The position numbers were made by a program, and so were the translations under genes. The notes beneath the pieces were generated by a model that did not search any database, was not told the DNA's origin, and was given only the letters and a program-made list of their open reading frames with translations. Shown here piece after piece: positions 30,102-39,003 of a stretch of 64,000 nt of DNA. The stretch covers positions 1,955 through 65,954 of the forward strand of contig JBBDXN010000155.1 of NCBI GenBank assembly GCA_040902305.1, in the 5' to 3' direction. Source of the stretch: Candidatus Rokuibacteriota bacterium. Its GTDB lineage: Bacteria > Methylomirabilota > Methylomirabilia > Rokubacteriales > CSP1-6. The first letter of the stretch is position 1, and each line of letters starts with the position of its first letter.

Positions 30102-30599
30102 ATGAGCCTCACCCGAACCGAGCGAGAGCGTCTGGTCCAGCAGTACGCCGACGGCCCCGCGCGGCTCGAGGCCGCCCTGGCCGGGGTCGCGCCCGAGGCG
30201 CGGAAGTGGCGGCCGGCGCCCGGAGAATGGTCCGCCCACGAGGTGGCCTGCCACTGCGCAGACTCGGAGACCAACGCGGCCGCCCGCATCCGCTACCTCG
30301 TCTGCGAGACCGATCCGCTGGTCCTGGGCTACGACGAGAACGTCTGGGCGGTCGCGCTGGACTATCACCGCCATCCGCTCGATACCGCGCTGGCCACCGT
30401 GCGGGCGGTGCGCGCCAATACCGCGGCGGTCCTCCGGAACTTGCCGGAGGAGGCCTGGACCCGTGAGGGCCGGCACAGCGCCTCGGGTCGATACCGCGCG
30501 GTGGACTGGCTCACCATCTACGCCGAGCATCTGGAGATCCACGCCAGGCAGATCGAGGCCAACCTGGCCGCGTGGGAGGCCGCCGGCCACCCTAGCTGA
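30102..30599 (+). CDS. DinB family protein
   Basis: 165 aa. His-triad context WSAHEVACHCADSE and AEHLEIHARQI. GAGAGG SD 7 nt before the ATG. Confidence 0.7.
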   Translation: MSLTRTERERLVQQYADGPARLEAALAGVAPEARKWRPAPGEWSAHEVACHCADSETNAAARIRYLVCETDPLVLGYDENVWAVALDYHRHPLDTALATVRAVRANTAAVLRNLPEEAWTREGRHSASGRYRAVDWLTIYAEHLEIHARQIEANLAAWEAAGHPS

Positions 30600-31008
30600 G
30601 CGGGCGGACGACCGCGTCCCAGTGGGAGAAATCTTCCTTGAGGAGGATGACGCGCTCGCCCCCGCCTTCGAGGTAGTCGAGGTTGCCGCTCCAGATGTAG
30701 AAGTTGAAGCGCGGCCGGCCCGCCTCGAGCGTGACCTTGCCCCACCGGGTCACGCCGTCCCAGGCGGCCACGAGGGTGCCGTCGGGATTGATCGTGAGAT
30801 AGAAGAGCTGGTACGAGCCCCGGCCGAAGACGATCTGCCCCCGCCAGCGGCCCGCGATCAGGTTGATGTCGGTGACCGCGCGCGCCGGCGGCAGCGACAC
30901 GCAGCCGGCGGTCGCGAGCGCGATCCCCACGAGGAGCGCCGCGCCCAGCGCGCGGCCGGTCCGGCGGGCCCCCCGCCGCGCCGGCCTCACCGGAGCGGGC
31001 TCTGCCAC
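30592..31008 (-). CDS. hypothetical lipoprotein
   Basis: Signal peptide with lipobox LATAG-C. Overlaps the 3' end of the upstream gene by 22 nt. Confidence 0.5.
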   Translation of the reverse strand: MAEPAPVRPARRGARRTGRALGAALLVGIALATAGCVSLPPARAVTDINLIAGRWRGQIVFGRGSYQLFYLTINPDGTLVAAWDGVTRWGKVTLEAGRPRFNFYIWSGNLDYLEGGGERVILLKEDFSHWDAVVRPLS

Positions 31009-31688
31009 CGCACGTGGCCCACGAAGAACGGCCCGAGGCTCTGTAGATACTGCGAGGTCTGCGCGGTCCGGCGCATGGCCTGCACCAGATGCGAGAGGGG
31101 ATGGAGCTCGCGCCCCAGGAGCCCGATCACGAAGTCGTTATCGTGCGTGTCGAGGCCGTGGCAGGCGAGCCGGACGTCGTGGGCGAGATCCGCGTCGCCG
31201 TAGGCGCGGCCCAGGGTGCCGTGCTCTCTCAGAATAGCGCTCTGCTCCGGCGGGGTGAGCCGGGCGAACGCCCCCGCCCGGCGCAGCGGATACCAGATGC
31301 CCCAGGGCCAGGCCGGATTCAGCACGGTCCGCCGCGGGCGCCCGAGCAGCCAGTCCTCGAGATCCGGCTCGAAGCCGGAGGCGTAGGTGCGGCCGAGCAT
31401 GGTCAGCTCGGGGCGGTGCCGGAGCGAGGCGAAGGGCTCGGCGTGCAGCAGCTCGCGAAGCGTGGTCGCGAAGAACGCGGGGTCCTCGTGGAAGGCGAGC
31501 AGCGCGACGCCGACCGGGTCGTTGACGTCGTGGTAGAGCACGCCCTCGATCCGGCTCCGCTCCACCGCCGCGACCAGCGGCTTGCCGTCCGAGCAGCCGC
31601 TCCACACCTGGAACTGCATGAACAGCCGGCGCTCGGAGACCTGCGGGCCGGCCCCCTTCTCCCGGACGTCAGCGCCGGAGCCGTCCAC
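30987..31688 (-). CDS. chlorite dismutase / ChdC (HemQ) family protein
   Basis: ILREHGTLGRAYG (candidate proximal His), GLDTHDNDFVIGL, LVQAMRRT..SQY...GPFFVG. GTG 31688 preceded by GGGGAGGG. Specific activity cannot be called. Confidence 0.65.
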   Translation of the reverse strand: MDGSGADVREKGAGPQVSERRLFMQFQVWSGCSDGKPLVAAVERSRIEGVLYHDVNDPVGVALLAFHEDPAFFATTLRELLHAEPFASLRHRPELTMLGRTYASGFEPDLEDWLLGRPRRTVLNPAWPWGIWYPLRRAGAFARLTPPEQSAILREHGTLGRAYGDADLAHDVRLACHGLDTHDNDFVIGLLGRELHPLSHLVQAMRRTAQTSQYLQSLGPFFVGHVRWQSPLR

Positions 31689-31692
31689 CGCC

Positions 31693-32712
31693 CTACCCTC
31701 CCCGCGTGTGCATCTCGAGGTGCGGGTCGCGCTTGAGCTCGCCGATCTGCACGAGCGGCCGCCGGTTGGGCAGGGCCAGCCGTTCCTCCGCGCCGCGGTC
31801 CCGCCGGCCCTGCCAGGTGGAACGGATGAGGGCCAGCAGCTCCTCGCGCGAGGCTCCCGCGCGCAGCGGCTTGCGCAGGTCCATGCCGCGGGTGGCGTAG
31901 AGGCAGAGATACCAGAGGCCATCGGCGGTGAGGCGACTCCGATCGCACGCGCGGCAGAAGGGCTCGGTGGTGGAGGAGATGATGCCGAACACCCGGCCGT
32001 CCGGCAGCCGGAACCGGTCGGCGGGCGCGGAGGTCTCCTCCACGACGGACTCGATCGGCCCGTAGCGCTCGGTGAGCCGGGTCAGCATCTCGCTCCGCGG
32101 TACCACGCGCTCCATGCTCCAGTGGGTGGCTCCACCCACGTCCATGTACTCGATGAAGCGCACCTCGGCCCCGACGCGCCCCGCGTACTCGATCAGGTCC
32201 GCCAGCTCGTCGTCGTTGACCCCGCGCATGACCACGGTGTCGAGCTTGAAGCCCGGCCAGCCCGCGCGCCCCACCGCCTCGATGCCTTCCCGGACCCGCG
32301 GGTGGGTGTCGCGCCGGGTCAGCACCTTGAAGCGGTCTTCCCGGAGCGTGTCGAGGCTCACCGTGACCCGATGGAGACCCGCCGCGCGGAGCGCACCCGC
32401 CTGCTCGGCCAGCAGCACCCCGTTGGTGGTCATGGCCAGATCCCGGATCCGCGGGTTGGCCGCGAGCAGCCGCACCAGCCGGTCGAGGTCGCGGCGCAAC
32501 AGGGGCTCGCCGCCGGTGAGGCGGACCTTGTCCACGCCCAGATCGGCGAAGACGTCGACGAGACGGTCCATCTCCTCGAAGGTCAGCACGTCGTCCCGGG
32601 GCAGCCATACGTACTCCTCCTCGGGCATGCAGTACTGGCAGCGCAGGTTGCAGCGGTCGGTGACCGAGAGCCGCAGGTTGCGCAGCGGGCGATCGAGCGC
32701 GTCGCGGATCAC
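31693..32712 (-). CDS. moaA: GTP 3',8-cyclase (molybdenum cofactor biosynthesis protein A)
   Basis: LRLSVTDRCNLRCQYCMP radical-SAM motif, LTGGEPLLR, C-terminal CRACDRSRLTADG. GTG overlaps the Rieske stop. Confidence 0.9.
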   Translation of the reverse strand: MIRDALDRPLRNLRLSVTDRCNLRCQYCMPEEEYVWLPRDDVLTFEEMDRLVDVFADLGVDKVRLTGGEPLLRRDLDRLVRLLAANPRIRDLAMTTNGVLLAEQAGALRAAGLHRVTVSLDTLREDRFKVLTRRDTHPRVREGIEAVGRAGWPGFKLDTVVMRGVNDDELADLIEYAGRVGAEVRFIEYMDVGGATHWSMERVVPRSEMLTRLTERYGPIESVVEETSAPADRFRLPDGRVFGIISSTTEPFCRACDRSRLTADGLWYLCLYATRGMDLRKPLRAGASREELLALIRSTWQGRRDRGAEERLALPNRRPLVQIGELKRDPHLEMHTRGG

Positions 32713-33014
32713 GGCAGCTCCACGTAGACCCAGCCGTCCACGACGGTGGCCGGGAAGCAGCCGATCTTGACCGCGGGATTGTTGGCGTTGGCGCCGGTGG
32801 TCACGTCCCAGCGCCACCCGTGCCACGGGCAGATCGCCACCCGGCCCTCGAGGTCCCCCTCGCCCATCGGCCCGCCGCGGTGGGGGCAGGTGTTGTCGAT
32901 GGCGTGGTAGGCGCCGTCCACGTTGAAGAGCGCGAGGCTCTTCACACCCGCCTCCACGACCCGGCCCTCCCCGGCCGGCACGTCGGCGGACTTCGCGACC
33001 TTGATCGAGGACAT
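32709..33014 (-). CDS. Rieske [2Fe-2S] ferredoxin-type protein
   Basis: 101 aa with CPHRGGP and CPWHGW Rieske ligands. Confidence 0.85.
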   Translation of the reverse strand: MSSIKVAKSADVPAGEGRVVEAGVKSLALFNVDGAYHAIDNTCPHRGGPMGEGDLEGRVAICPWHGWRWDVTTGANANNPAVKIGCFPATVVDGWVYVELP

Positions 33015-33019
33015 GGAGG

Positions 33020-34738
33020 CTACCCCGCCACCGCCGCGGCGGGGACGGCGGGCTCGAGCGCGCGCTCCCACTCCCGTACGAGCCCGGCCTTCTTCACCCC
33101 GACGTCGAAGTGGTCCCAAGGCAGGACTTCGGTCGTCTCGCGCGGCCGCCGGGTGAAGAACGCGGCGTCGCCGCCCCACTCGCGCAGCGCGCGGCGCCAG
33201 TCGCCGTCGAGCGCGGCGGCCAGCTCGACGAAGTCGGCCACGCGCCGGTCGCCCCGCGCGAGCAGAGCCTGCAGCGCCGCCTCCCGCGGGTTCTCGTGCA
33301 CGACCCGGATCGTGTCGAGGCGCCGGGCCGCCCGCTTGATGAGGTCGAGCTTGCCCTCGAGCGCGCGCGGATCGTCGAAGGGAGCCCACTGAAACGGGGT
33401 CCACGGCTTCGGGACGAACGACGAGATCGACAGGGTGAGCTTGCCGAAGGAATGGCGGTCCGGGCCCAGCACCGCGAGCCGCTCGATCAATCGCGCGGCC
33501 AGGTCGGGAATCGCCTCCACGTCCTCGCGGGTCTCGGTGGGCAGGCCGATCATGAAGTAGCACTTGAGGTTCGGAATGCCGTAGCGGCGCAGGAGGTGGC
33601 AGGCCTCGTAGAGCTGCTCGTCGGTGATGGCCTTGCGGACCACGCGTCGAAGCCGTTCGGTACCCGCCTCCGGCGCCATGGTGAGGGTGCGGTGACCGCC
33701 CCGCTGCAAGGAGGCCACCAGGTCCTCGGTGAGGCTGTCGGCCCGCAGCGAGGAGATCGACACCTCGACCCCGTGCTCCTCGAGGAGGCGCATGAGGTCG
33801 CCGATCCACGGGTAGTCGGACACGCAGGCCCCGACCAGACCGACGCGCTTGGACTGCTGGGCGATCTTCGCCACCGACTCCCGCAGCGACTCGAGGCTCC
33901 GATGCCGGACCGGCCGGTACACCTGACCTTCAAGACAGAATCGACACCCCCGGCCGCAGCCCTTGCCGACCTCCAGCAGATCCATGTGCCCGTACTCGGC
34001 CTTGGGCGTCTTGAGCACCGAGCGCGTCTCGAAGCGGTTGACGTCCTTCAAACGGCGCTTGACCACCACCGCCGGCACGTCCGCGGCGAGCGGGGTGACG
34101 CCTTCGATCACCGAGCCGGGTCCGTAGCCGACTCGGTAGGCGTCGGGGACGTAGATGCCCGCCAGCGGCTTGAGCCGGTCGATGAACCGCCGCCGGCGCT
34201 CGCCATCGGCCGGCGCGCTCTCCGTCCAGGCGGCGACGATCTCGCCCACCACCTCTTCGCCCTCGCCCACGACCACGAAGTCCATGAAGGCGGCGACCGG
34301 CTCGGGGTTGGAGAAGGCGCAGACCCCGCCCATCATGACCACCGGATCCGCGGGCCCTCGGTCGCTGGCGCGGAGCGGGATCCCCGCCATCCGCAGCAGG
34401 CGGACCGCATTGATGTAGTCGCCCTCGTAGGTGAGCGAGAAGCCGACGAGGTCGAACTCGTTCAGCCGGCGATGGGACTCGAGCGAGAACGGCGGCGTGC
34501 CGGTGCGGCCGTACTCGTCCAGGTCCTCCGGATCCGGAAAGAAGACCCGCTCGCAGACCACGTTCGGGAGGGCGTTGAGATGATCGTAGATGGTCTGGAA
34601 GCCCAGATTGGACATCCCGACCGCGTACGTGTTCGGGTACACGAGGGCGATCGCGACGCGCCCACCCCAGTCCTTGCGCACCACGCCCTCTTCCGAAGCG
34701 ACCAGCTCCTGCGCCTTCTTCTTGAGTTTCCAGGACAT
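33020..34738 (-). CDS. B12-binding-domain radical SAM protein (TIGR03960-like, function unknown)
   Basis: VYPNTYAVGMSNLGFQ, GKGCGRGCRFCLEG cluster motif, SSFVPKPWTPFQW, ARGDRRVADF, LPWDHFDVGV. Confidence 0.8.
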   Translation of the reverse strand: MSWKLKKKAQELVASEEGVVRKDWGGRVAIALVYPNTYAVGMSNLGFQTIYDHLNALPNVVCERVFFPDPEDLDEYGRTGTPPFSLESHRRLNEFDLVGFSLTYEGDYINAVRLLRMAGIPLRASDRGPADPVVMMGGVCAFSNPEPVAAFMDFVVVGEGEEVVGEIVAAWTESAPADGERRRRFIDRLKPLAGIYVPDAYRVGYGPGSVIEGVTPLAADVPAVVVKRRLKDVNRFETRSVLKTPKAEYGHMDLLEVGKGCGRGCRFCLEGQVYRPVRHRSLESLRESVAKIAQQSKRVGLVGACVSDYPWIGDLMRLLEEHGVEVSISSLRADSLTEDLVASLQRGGHRTLTMAPEAGTERLRRVVRKAITDEQLYEACHLLRRYGIPNLKCYFMIGLPTETREDVEAIPDLAARLIERLAVLGPDRHSFGKLTLSISSFVPKPWTPFQWAPFDDPRALEGKLDLIKRAARRLDTIRVVHENPREAALQALLARGDRRVADFVELAAALDGDWRRALREWGGDAAFFTRRPRETTEVLPWDHFDVGVKKAGLVREWERALEPAVPAAAVAG

Positions 34739-34747
34739 ACGGAGGCC

Positions 34748-34757
34748 AGTCTACCAC
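34748..34757 (-). promoter_or_regulatory. putative extended -10 promoter of the radical SAM operon, leaderless geometry
   Basis: Minus strand reads GTGGTAGACT, then 9 nt, then ATG at 34738. No SD in between. Confidence 0.35.
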
Positions 34758-34838
34758 GGGGGCGACACGCGAACCGGGTGGGGCGTTCTGGACGGCAGGC
34801 GGCTGTCTACGCTCTAAGTCTTTAGGAGCTCTATCTTA

Positions 34839-34927
34839 TGCGGGGGCCCAGAAATGGCCCCCGCACTCCCCCAGGCCGCGGACACTCGAAGGGCCCCCGC
34901 ACTCCCCCAGGCCGCGGACACTCGTCA
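34839..34927. repeat. 10-bp-stem hairpin plus 36-bp tandem repeat x2, between yjbQ and the radical SAM gene
   Basis: TGCGGGGGCC-cagaaat-GGCCCCCGCA. Then GGCCCCCGCACTCCCCCAGGCCGCGGACACTCG at 34856 and 34892 (33/36 identical). Confidence 0.95.
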
Positions 34928-34954
34928 GCGAGCATCCCTCGGGCCCGCCGGCGC

Positions 34955-35410
34955 TCAACTCTCCGTCGCCGGCCCGACTCCCATGATCTGGATGTCGATG
35001 CTGCGCGCCCGCGGGCCGTCGAGCTCGGCGAACAGGATGGACTGGAATCGGCCCAGCGATAGCTCGCCCCCGCTGATCCCCACCGCCACGCTCCGCCCGA
35101 GCAGCGCGGCCCGCAGGTGCGCGGTCGCATTGCCCCGCTCGCAGTCGGAGAAGCGCGGATCGTCGTGCTTGTAGCCCGCGTCGTCGACGACCAGGCGTTC
35201 CATCATGGTCTTGAGGTCGTCGACCAGCGCCCCCTGGAACTCGTTGACGAAGAGGGCGCACGTGGTGTGGAGGGAGTTGACCAGAATAATGCCCTCCTTG
35301 ATGTCGGCGCCCAGCACGATGTCCCGGATCTGCTTGGTGATGTCCAGGACCTGGGTCCGCTTCTCGCTCAACATCGTGAAGGTCTTCCGGACTACCTTCA
35401 AGGTTTCCAC
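34955..35410 (-). CDS. yjbQ: YjbQ/UPF0047 family protein (secondary thiamine-phosphate synthase type)
   Basis: DITKQIRDIV, HTTCALFVNE, NATAHLRAALLG, GRFQSILFAELDGPR. GTG 35410 preceded by AGGGAGG. The longer track ORF would overlap tRNA-Leu. Confidence 0.85.
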   Translation of the reverse strand: METLKVVRKTFTMLSEKRTQVLDITKQIRDIVLGADIKEGIILVNSLHTTCALFVNEFQGALVDDLKTMMERLVVDDAGYKHDDPRFSDCERGNATAHLRAALLGRSVAVGISGGELSLGRFQSILFAELDGPRARSIDIQIMGVGPATES

Positions 35411-35446
35411 CTTGATTGCCTCCCTGAATGGGTGCGCTTCGACTTC

Positions 35447-35535
35447 TGGTGCCGAGGGAGGGAATCGAACCCCCACGGCCCTTACGGACCAGCGGGTTTT
35501 AAGCCCGCTGCGTCTCCCAGTTCCGCCACCCCGGC
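35447..35535 (-). tRNA. tRNA-Leu (anticodon UAA), long variable arm, encoded CCA
   Basis: Reverse complement GCCGGGGTGGCGGAACTGGGAGACGC..GCGGGCTTAAAACCCGC..GGTTCGATTCC..CCTCGGCACCA folds as a class II cloverleaf. Confidence 0.9.
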
Positions 35536-35565
35536 CCCACCCACCGCTGGACCGCCCCCGGATAT

Positions 35566-35641
35566 TGGAGGCGGCGAGCGGATTCGAACCGCTGAATAGA
35601 GGTTTTGCAGACCTCCGCCTTAGCCACTTGGCTACGCCGCC
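35566..35641 (-). tRNA. tRNA-Cys (anticodon GCA), encoded CCA
   Basis: Reverse complement GGCGGCGTAGCCAAGTGGCTAAGGCGGAGGTCTGCAAAACCTC..GGTTCGAATCCGCTCGCCGCCTCCA. Confidence 0.9.
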
Positions 35642-35659
35642 CTTTCACCGTTACCTATA

Positions 35660-35734
35660 TGGAGCGGGAAACGGGATTCGAACCCGCGACCCCAACCTTG
35701 GCAAGGTTGTGCTCTACCACTGAGCTATTCCCGC
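35660..35734 (-). tRNA. tRNA-Gly (anticodon GCC), encoded CCA
   Basis: Reverse complement GCGGGAATAGCTCAGTGGTAGAGCACAACCTTGCCAAGGTTGGGGTCGCGGGTTCGAATCCCGTTTCCCGCTCCA. Confidence 0.95.
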
Positions 35735-35763
35735 GAAATACCCCTGTCACAGAACCGCGTCGA

Positions 35764-35792
35764 ATTTTAACAAACGCCTTGAGTGGTGTCAA
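35764..35792 (-). promoter_or_regulatory. near-consensus promoter of the tRNA-Gly/Cys/Leu cluster
   Basis: Minus strand reads TTGACA-17 nt-TAAAAT, with the -10 box 29 nt upstream of tRNA-Gly. The -35 box overlaps the galT stop codon. Confidence 0.6.
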
Positions 35793-36802
35793 TTTACGGC
35801 CGTTCCGGGGGTCTCACCCCGCAGATATTTCGCAGCCTCCTCCGGCGGGGTCGGATTGATGAAAAATCCGGTTCCCCACTCGAATCCGGCCACCCGGGTC
35901 AGCTTCGGGATGATCTCCAGGTGCCAGTGGAAGTGGTCGAGCGCCGGGGCCCGGAGGGGCGCGCTGTGGAGCATGAGGTTGTACGGGGGGTCGTCGAGGA
36001 ACCGCCCCATTCGCCGGAGCACCTGCCCGACCGCGGCGGCCAGCCCGGCGAAGTCGGCGGGCGGCGTATCTTCGTAACGCGACCGGTGTGCCGCGGGCAG
36101 GATCCAGGTCTCGAACGGAAACCGGGGTGCGAACGGGGCCAGCGCCACGAAGCCGCCCTCATCGAGGATGATCCGCCCTCCCCCCTGCCGCTCCTGGCGA
36201 ATGATGTCGCACCAGATACAGCGCTGCTTGATCCGCAGGTGCTGGAGCGCCCCCGCCAGCTCCTCCTCCACCATGCTGGGCACGACCGGCGTGGCGATGA
36301 GCTGGGAGTGGGTGTGCTCGAGGGAGGCGCCGGCCGGGTCGCCGTGATTCTTGAATACCATCACGTATTCCAGCCGCGGGTCCTTGGCCAGATCCACGAT
36401 CCGGTCCCGGTAGGCGCGGAACACCTCGGCCAGGTGCGGGGCGGGCAGGCGCTCGATGACCGCATCGTGATCGGGCGACTCGATCACCACCTCGTGCGCG
36501 CCCACGCCGTTCATCCGGTCGTAGAGGCCTTCCCCCGCCGACTCCAGCTCTCCCTCGATGCGCAGCGCCGGAAACTTGTTGGGCACCACGCGCAGGAGCC
36601 AGCCCGGCGCATTGGGCTCGCCCTGGCCTGGACGCAGCGCCCAGACTTCCTCGGGGGTGCGGTGCTCCTGGCCGCCGCAGAACACGCAGGGGCCGCCCCT
36701 GCGCTGGCGCGCGACCGCGGGAAAGTCGGACGGCCGCCGGGCGCGCTCGGTGGCGATGATCACCCAGCGGCCCACGATGGGATCCCGGCGCAGCTCAGGC
36801 AC
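35789..36802 (-). CDS. galT: galactose-1-phosphate uridylyltransferase family protein (GalT / nucleotidyl-hexose phosphorylase)
   Basis: CVFCGG zinc motif and EHTHSQLIA (HxHxQ active site). Confidence 0.8.
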   Translation of the reverse strand: MPELRRDPIVGRWVIIATERARRPSDFPAVARQRRGGPCVFCGGQEHRTPEEVWALRPGQGEPNAPGWLLRVVPNKFPALRIEGELESAGEGLYDRMNGVGAHEVVIESPDHDAVIERLPAPHLAEVFRAYRDRIVDLAKDPRLEYVMVFKNHGDPAGASLEHTHSQLIATPVVPSMVEEELAGALQHLRIKQRCIWCDIIRQERQGGGRIILDEGGFVALAPFAPRFPFETWILPAAHRSRYEDTPPADFAGLAAAVGQVLRRMGRFLDDPPYNLMLHSAPLRAPALDHFHWHLEIIPKLTRVAGFEWGTGFFINPTPPEEAAKYLRGETPGTAVN

Positions 36803-37838
36803 GCGACACCCCCTCCTCCTCCGGGCGTGGCTCGCGGGCCAGCAGCGAGGCCAGCGACTCCGCCGCCGGCTTGCCCTCGAAGAGCACGGCGGCCACTTCT
36901 TCGCAGATCGGCATGGTCACGCCCCGCTCTCGCGCCATCCGCAGCACGGAGGACACGGTGCGCACGCCCTCCGCCACCATCGGCGTTGCCGCCTCCACGT
37001 CACCCAGTTGCCGCCCGCGCGCGATCTCGCCGCCGAGCGCGCGGTTCCGGCTCTGCGCACCCGTGCAGGTCAGGACCAGGTCGCCCAGCCCGGCGAGCCC
37101 CGCGAAGGTGGCGGGCTGCGCCCCGGCGGCGGTACCGAGCCGCACGATCTCGGCCAGGCCCCGCGTGATCAGGGCCGCCCGCGCGTTCTCGCCCAGCCCG
37201 AGTCCGTCCACCAGCCCGGTCGCGATCGCCATCACGTTCTTCAAGGCCCCGCCCAGCTCGACCCCCACCACGTCGCGATTCGTGTACAGCCGCAACGCGG
37301 GCCCGGCCAGGCGTCGCTGGAGATCGGCCGCGACCTCCTCGTCGGCCGAGGCGATCACCAGGGCGGTCGGCCGGCCCTGCGCGACCTCGCGCGCGAACGA
37401 CGGACCGGAGAGCACCGCCACCGGCCGGCCGGGCAACCGCCGGGCCAGCACCTCCGACATGCGGAGCCCCTGCCGAGGCTCGAGCCCCTTCGTCGCCGAC
37501 ACCAGGACCGCGCCGCCCGGCACGCGGTCGCCCACCGAGGCGAGCACCGAGTCGACGAAGTGCGACGGCACCGCCACCAGCACCGTGCCGGTGTCCGCGA
37601 GGGCCTCCGCCGCGTTCGCGGTCACCCGCACGCCGTCCGGCAGCGCCACGCCGGGAAGATAGCGCGGGTTCTCCCGCCCGGCGCCCATGGACGCGGCGAG
37701 CCCGGCATCGCGCGCCCAGAGCCGCACCGGGACACCTCCGCGGCCGAGGTGCATCGCGAGCGCGGTGCCCCAGCTCCCGGCGCCGAGCACCGCCACCGGG
37801 GCGCGCCCGGCATCGCGCGGGTTCGCGGGACGGCTCAC
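36795..37838 (-). CDS. gpsA: NAD(P)H-dependent glycerol-3-phosphate dehydrogenase
   Basis: VAVLGAGSWGTALA, SGPSFAREVA, GALKNVMAIATG, SRNRALG. GTG overlaps the plsY stop. Confidence 0.92.
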   Translation of the reverse strand: MSRPANPRDAGRAPVAVLGAGSWGTALAMHLGRGGVPVRLWARDAGLAASMGAGRENPRYLPGVALPDGVRVTANAAEALADTGTVLVAVPSHFVDSVLASVGDRVPGGAVLVSATKGLEPRQGLRMSEVLARRLPGRPVAVLSGPSFAREVAQGRPTALVIASADEEVAADLQRRLAGPALRLYTNRDVVGVELGGALKNVMAIATGLVDGLGLGENARAALITRGLAEIVRLGTAAGAQPATFAGLAGLGDLVLTCTGAQSRNRALGGEIARGRQLGDVEAATPMVAEGVRTVSSVLRMARERGVTMPICEEVAAVLFEGKPAAESLASLLAREPRPEEEGVSRA

Positions 37839-38437
37839 GCGGCCCGGGTGCGATCGCCGAGCCGGCGCTCGGTGCCGCTGGCCAGGCGCGCCATGTTCTC
37901 CCGGTGCCGCCACGCGATGATGAGCGCGGCCGCCGCCGCCGCGACGACCGAGTGGAGCGGATAGCCGAGCAACAGCGCCCCCACCGGGAGGCCGAGGCAG
38001 GCGACGACCGACGCCATCGAGATGTAGCGCGAGACCGCGGTCACGGCCAGCCAGAGCAGCGCGGCGGGGGCCACCGCCCACGGGATGAGCGCGAGGAAGG
38101 CGCCGAGGCCGGTGGCCACGCCCTTACCGCCCCGGAAGCCGAGGAAGACCGGCCAGCAGTTGCCGACGATGGCGGCCACCGCGCCTCCCGCCGCGGCCCA
38201 CGCCTCCGGTCCAATGGCGCGCGCGGCCCGCACCGCCACGTAACCCTTGACGATGTCCCCCATCAGCGTGAACACCGCCGGGCCGGTGCCGAGCGTGCGC
38301 AGGATGTTGGTGGCGCCGATATTGCCGCTGCCCGCGCGGCGGATGTCGGTCCCGCCCGCGGCGCGCGCCACCAGGAAGCCGACCGGGATCGCGCCGATCA
38401 GGTAGGCGGCCAGCAGCCCGAGCGCGCTCAGGGCCAA
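37835..38437 (-). CDS. plsY: glycerol-3-phosphate acyltransferase PlsY
   Basis: YLIGAIPVGFLVA, GSGNIGATN, FRGGKGVAT. TTG 38437 is taken as the start. Confidence 0.9.
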   Translation of the reverse strand: MALSALGLLAAYLIGAIPVGFLVARAAGGTDIRRAGSGNIGATNILRTLGTGPAVFTLMGDIVKGYVAVRAARAIGPEAWAAAGGAVAAIVGNCWPVFLGFRGGKGVATGLGAFLALIPWAVAPAALLWLAVTAVSRYISMASVVACLGLPVGALLLGYPLHSVVAAAAAALIIAWRHRENMARLASGTERRLGDRTRAA

Positions 38438-39003
38438 CGCTCGCGGTCCCGCACGAGGTCCTTCGGGTTGGTGTGGAGAAAGAAGCGGTAGAAGTAGTCG
38501 GCCCCCGATACGGCGGTGAGGGCCAGCGCGATCCAGAGGGCGGTGCGCGACACCAGGTGGAAGAGGGCCAGCTCCGGCGAAACCCCTTTCTCGAGAATGA
38601 GCAGGGTGAGCGCGACGTACTGGGACACCGTCTTGGCCTTCCCGAGCGAGGAAGCCGGCACCACCGCTCCCATGGAGAGCGCGACTCCCCGGAGCCCGGT
38701 CACCGCTATCTCGCGGCCGATGATCACCACCGCCATCCACGCCGAGATCATGTCCACGTGGACGAGCGACACCAGCGCCGCGGCCACCAGGAGCTTGTCG
38801 GCCACCGGGTCGAGCAGCGTGCCGAGCTTGGTCACCTGGTTCCAGCGCCGGGCCATCCGGCCGTCGAGCCAGTCCGTGATCGACGCGGTCACGAAGATGA
38901 CCGCGGCGATCAGCACGCTCACGCGCGAGGACGAGATGAGGAAGACCATGATCGGCGGCACCAGCACGATGCGGAACAGGGTCAGGGCGATCGGGAGGTT
39001 CAC
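38428..39003 (-). CDS. pgsA: CDP-diacylglycerol--glycerol-3-phosphate 3-phosphatidyltransferase
   Basis: NLPIALTLFRI, DWLDGRMARRWNQVTKLGTLLDPVADK (CDP-alcohol phosphatidyltransferase motif). GTG overlaps the comB stop. Confidence 0.92.
   Translation of the reverse strand: MNLPIALTLFRIVLVPPIMVFLISSSRVSVLIAAVIFVTASITDWLDGRMARRWNQVTKLGTLLDPVADKLLVAAALVSLVHVDMISAWMAVVIIGREIAVTGLRGVALSMGAVVPASSLGKAKTVSQYVALTLLILEKGVSPELALFHLVSRTALWIALALTAVSGADYFYRFFLHTNPKDLVRDRERWP

Noticed and set aside
30071-30466. 131-aa plus-strand ORF starting inside the 24-bp tandem array
   Set aside because: It is out of frame with, and overlaps, the well-supported DinB-family gene, and its product is Arg/Pro-rich. It is noted only as a potential competing upstream start.
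30987-31688. Calling the Cld-family protein a chlorite dismutase, implying perchlorate/chlorate metabolism
   Set aside because: Only the family fold and a candidate proximal His can be recognised by eye. No (per)chlorate reductase genes are present, and coproheme decarboxylase or another role is equally possible.
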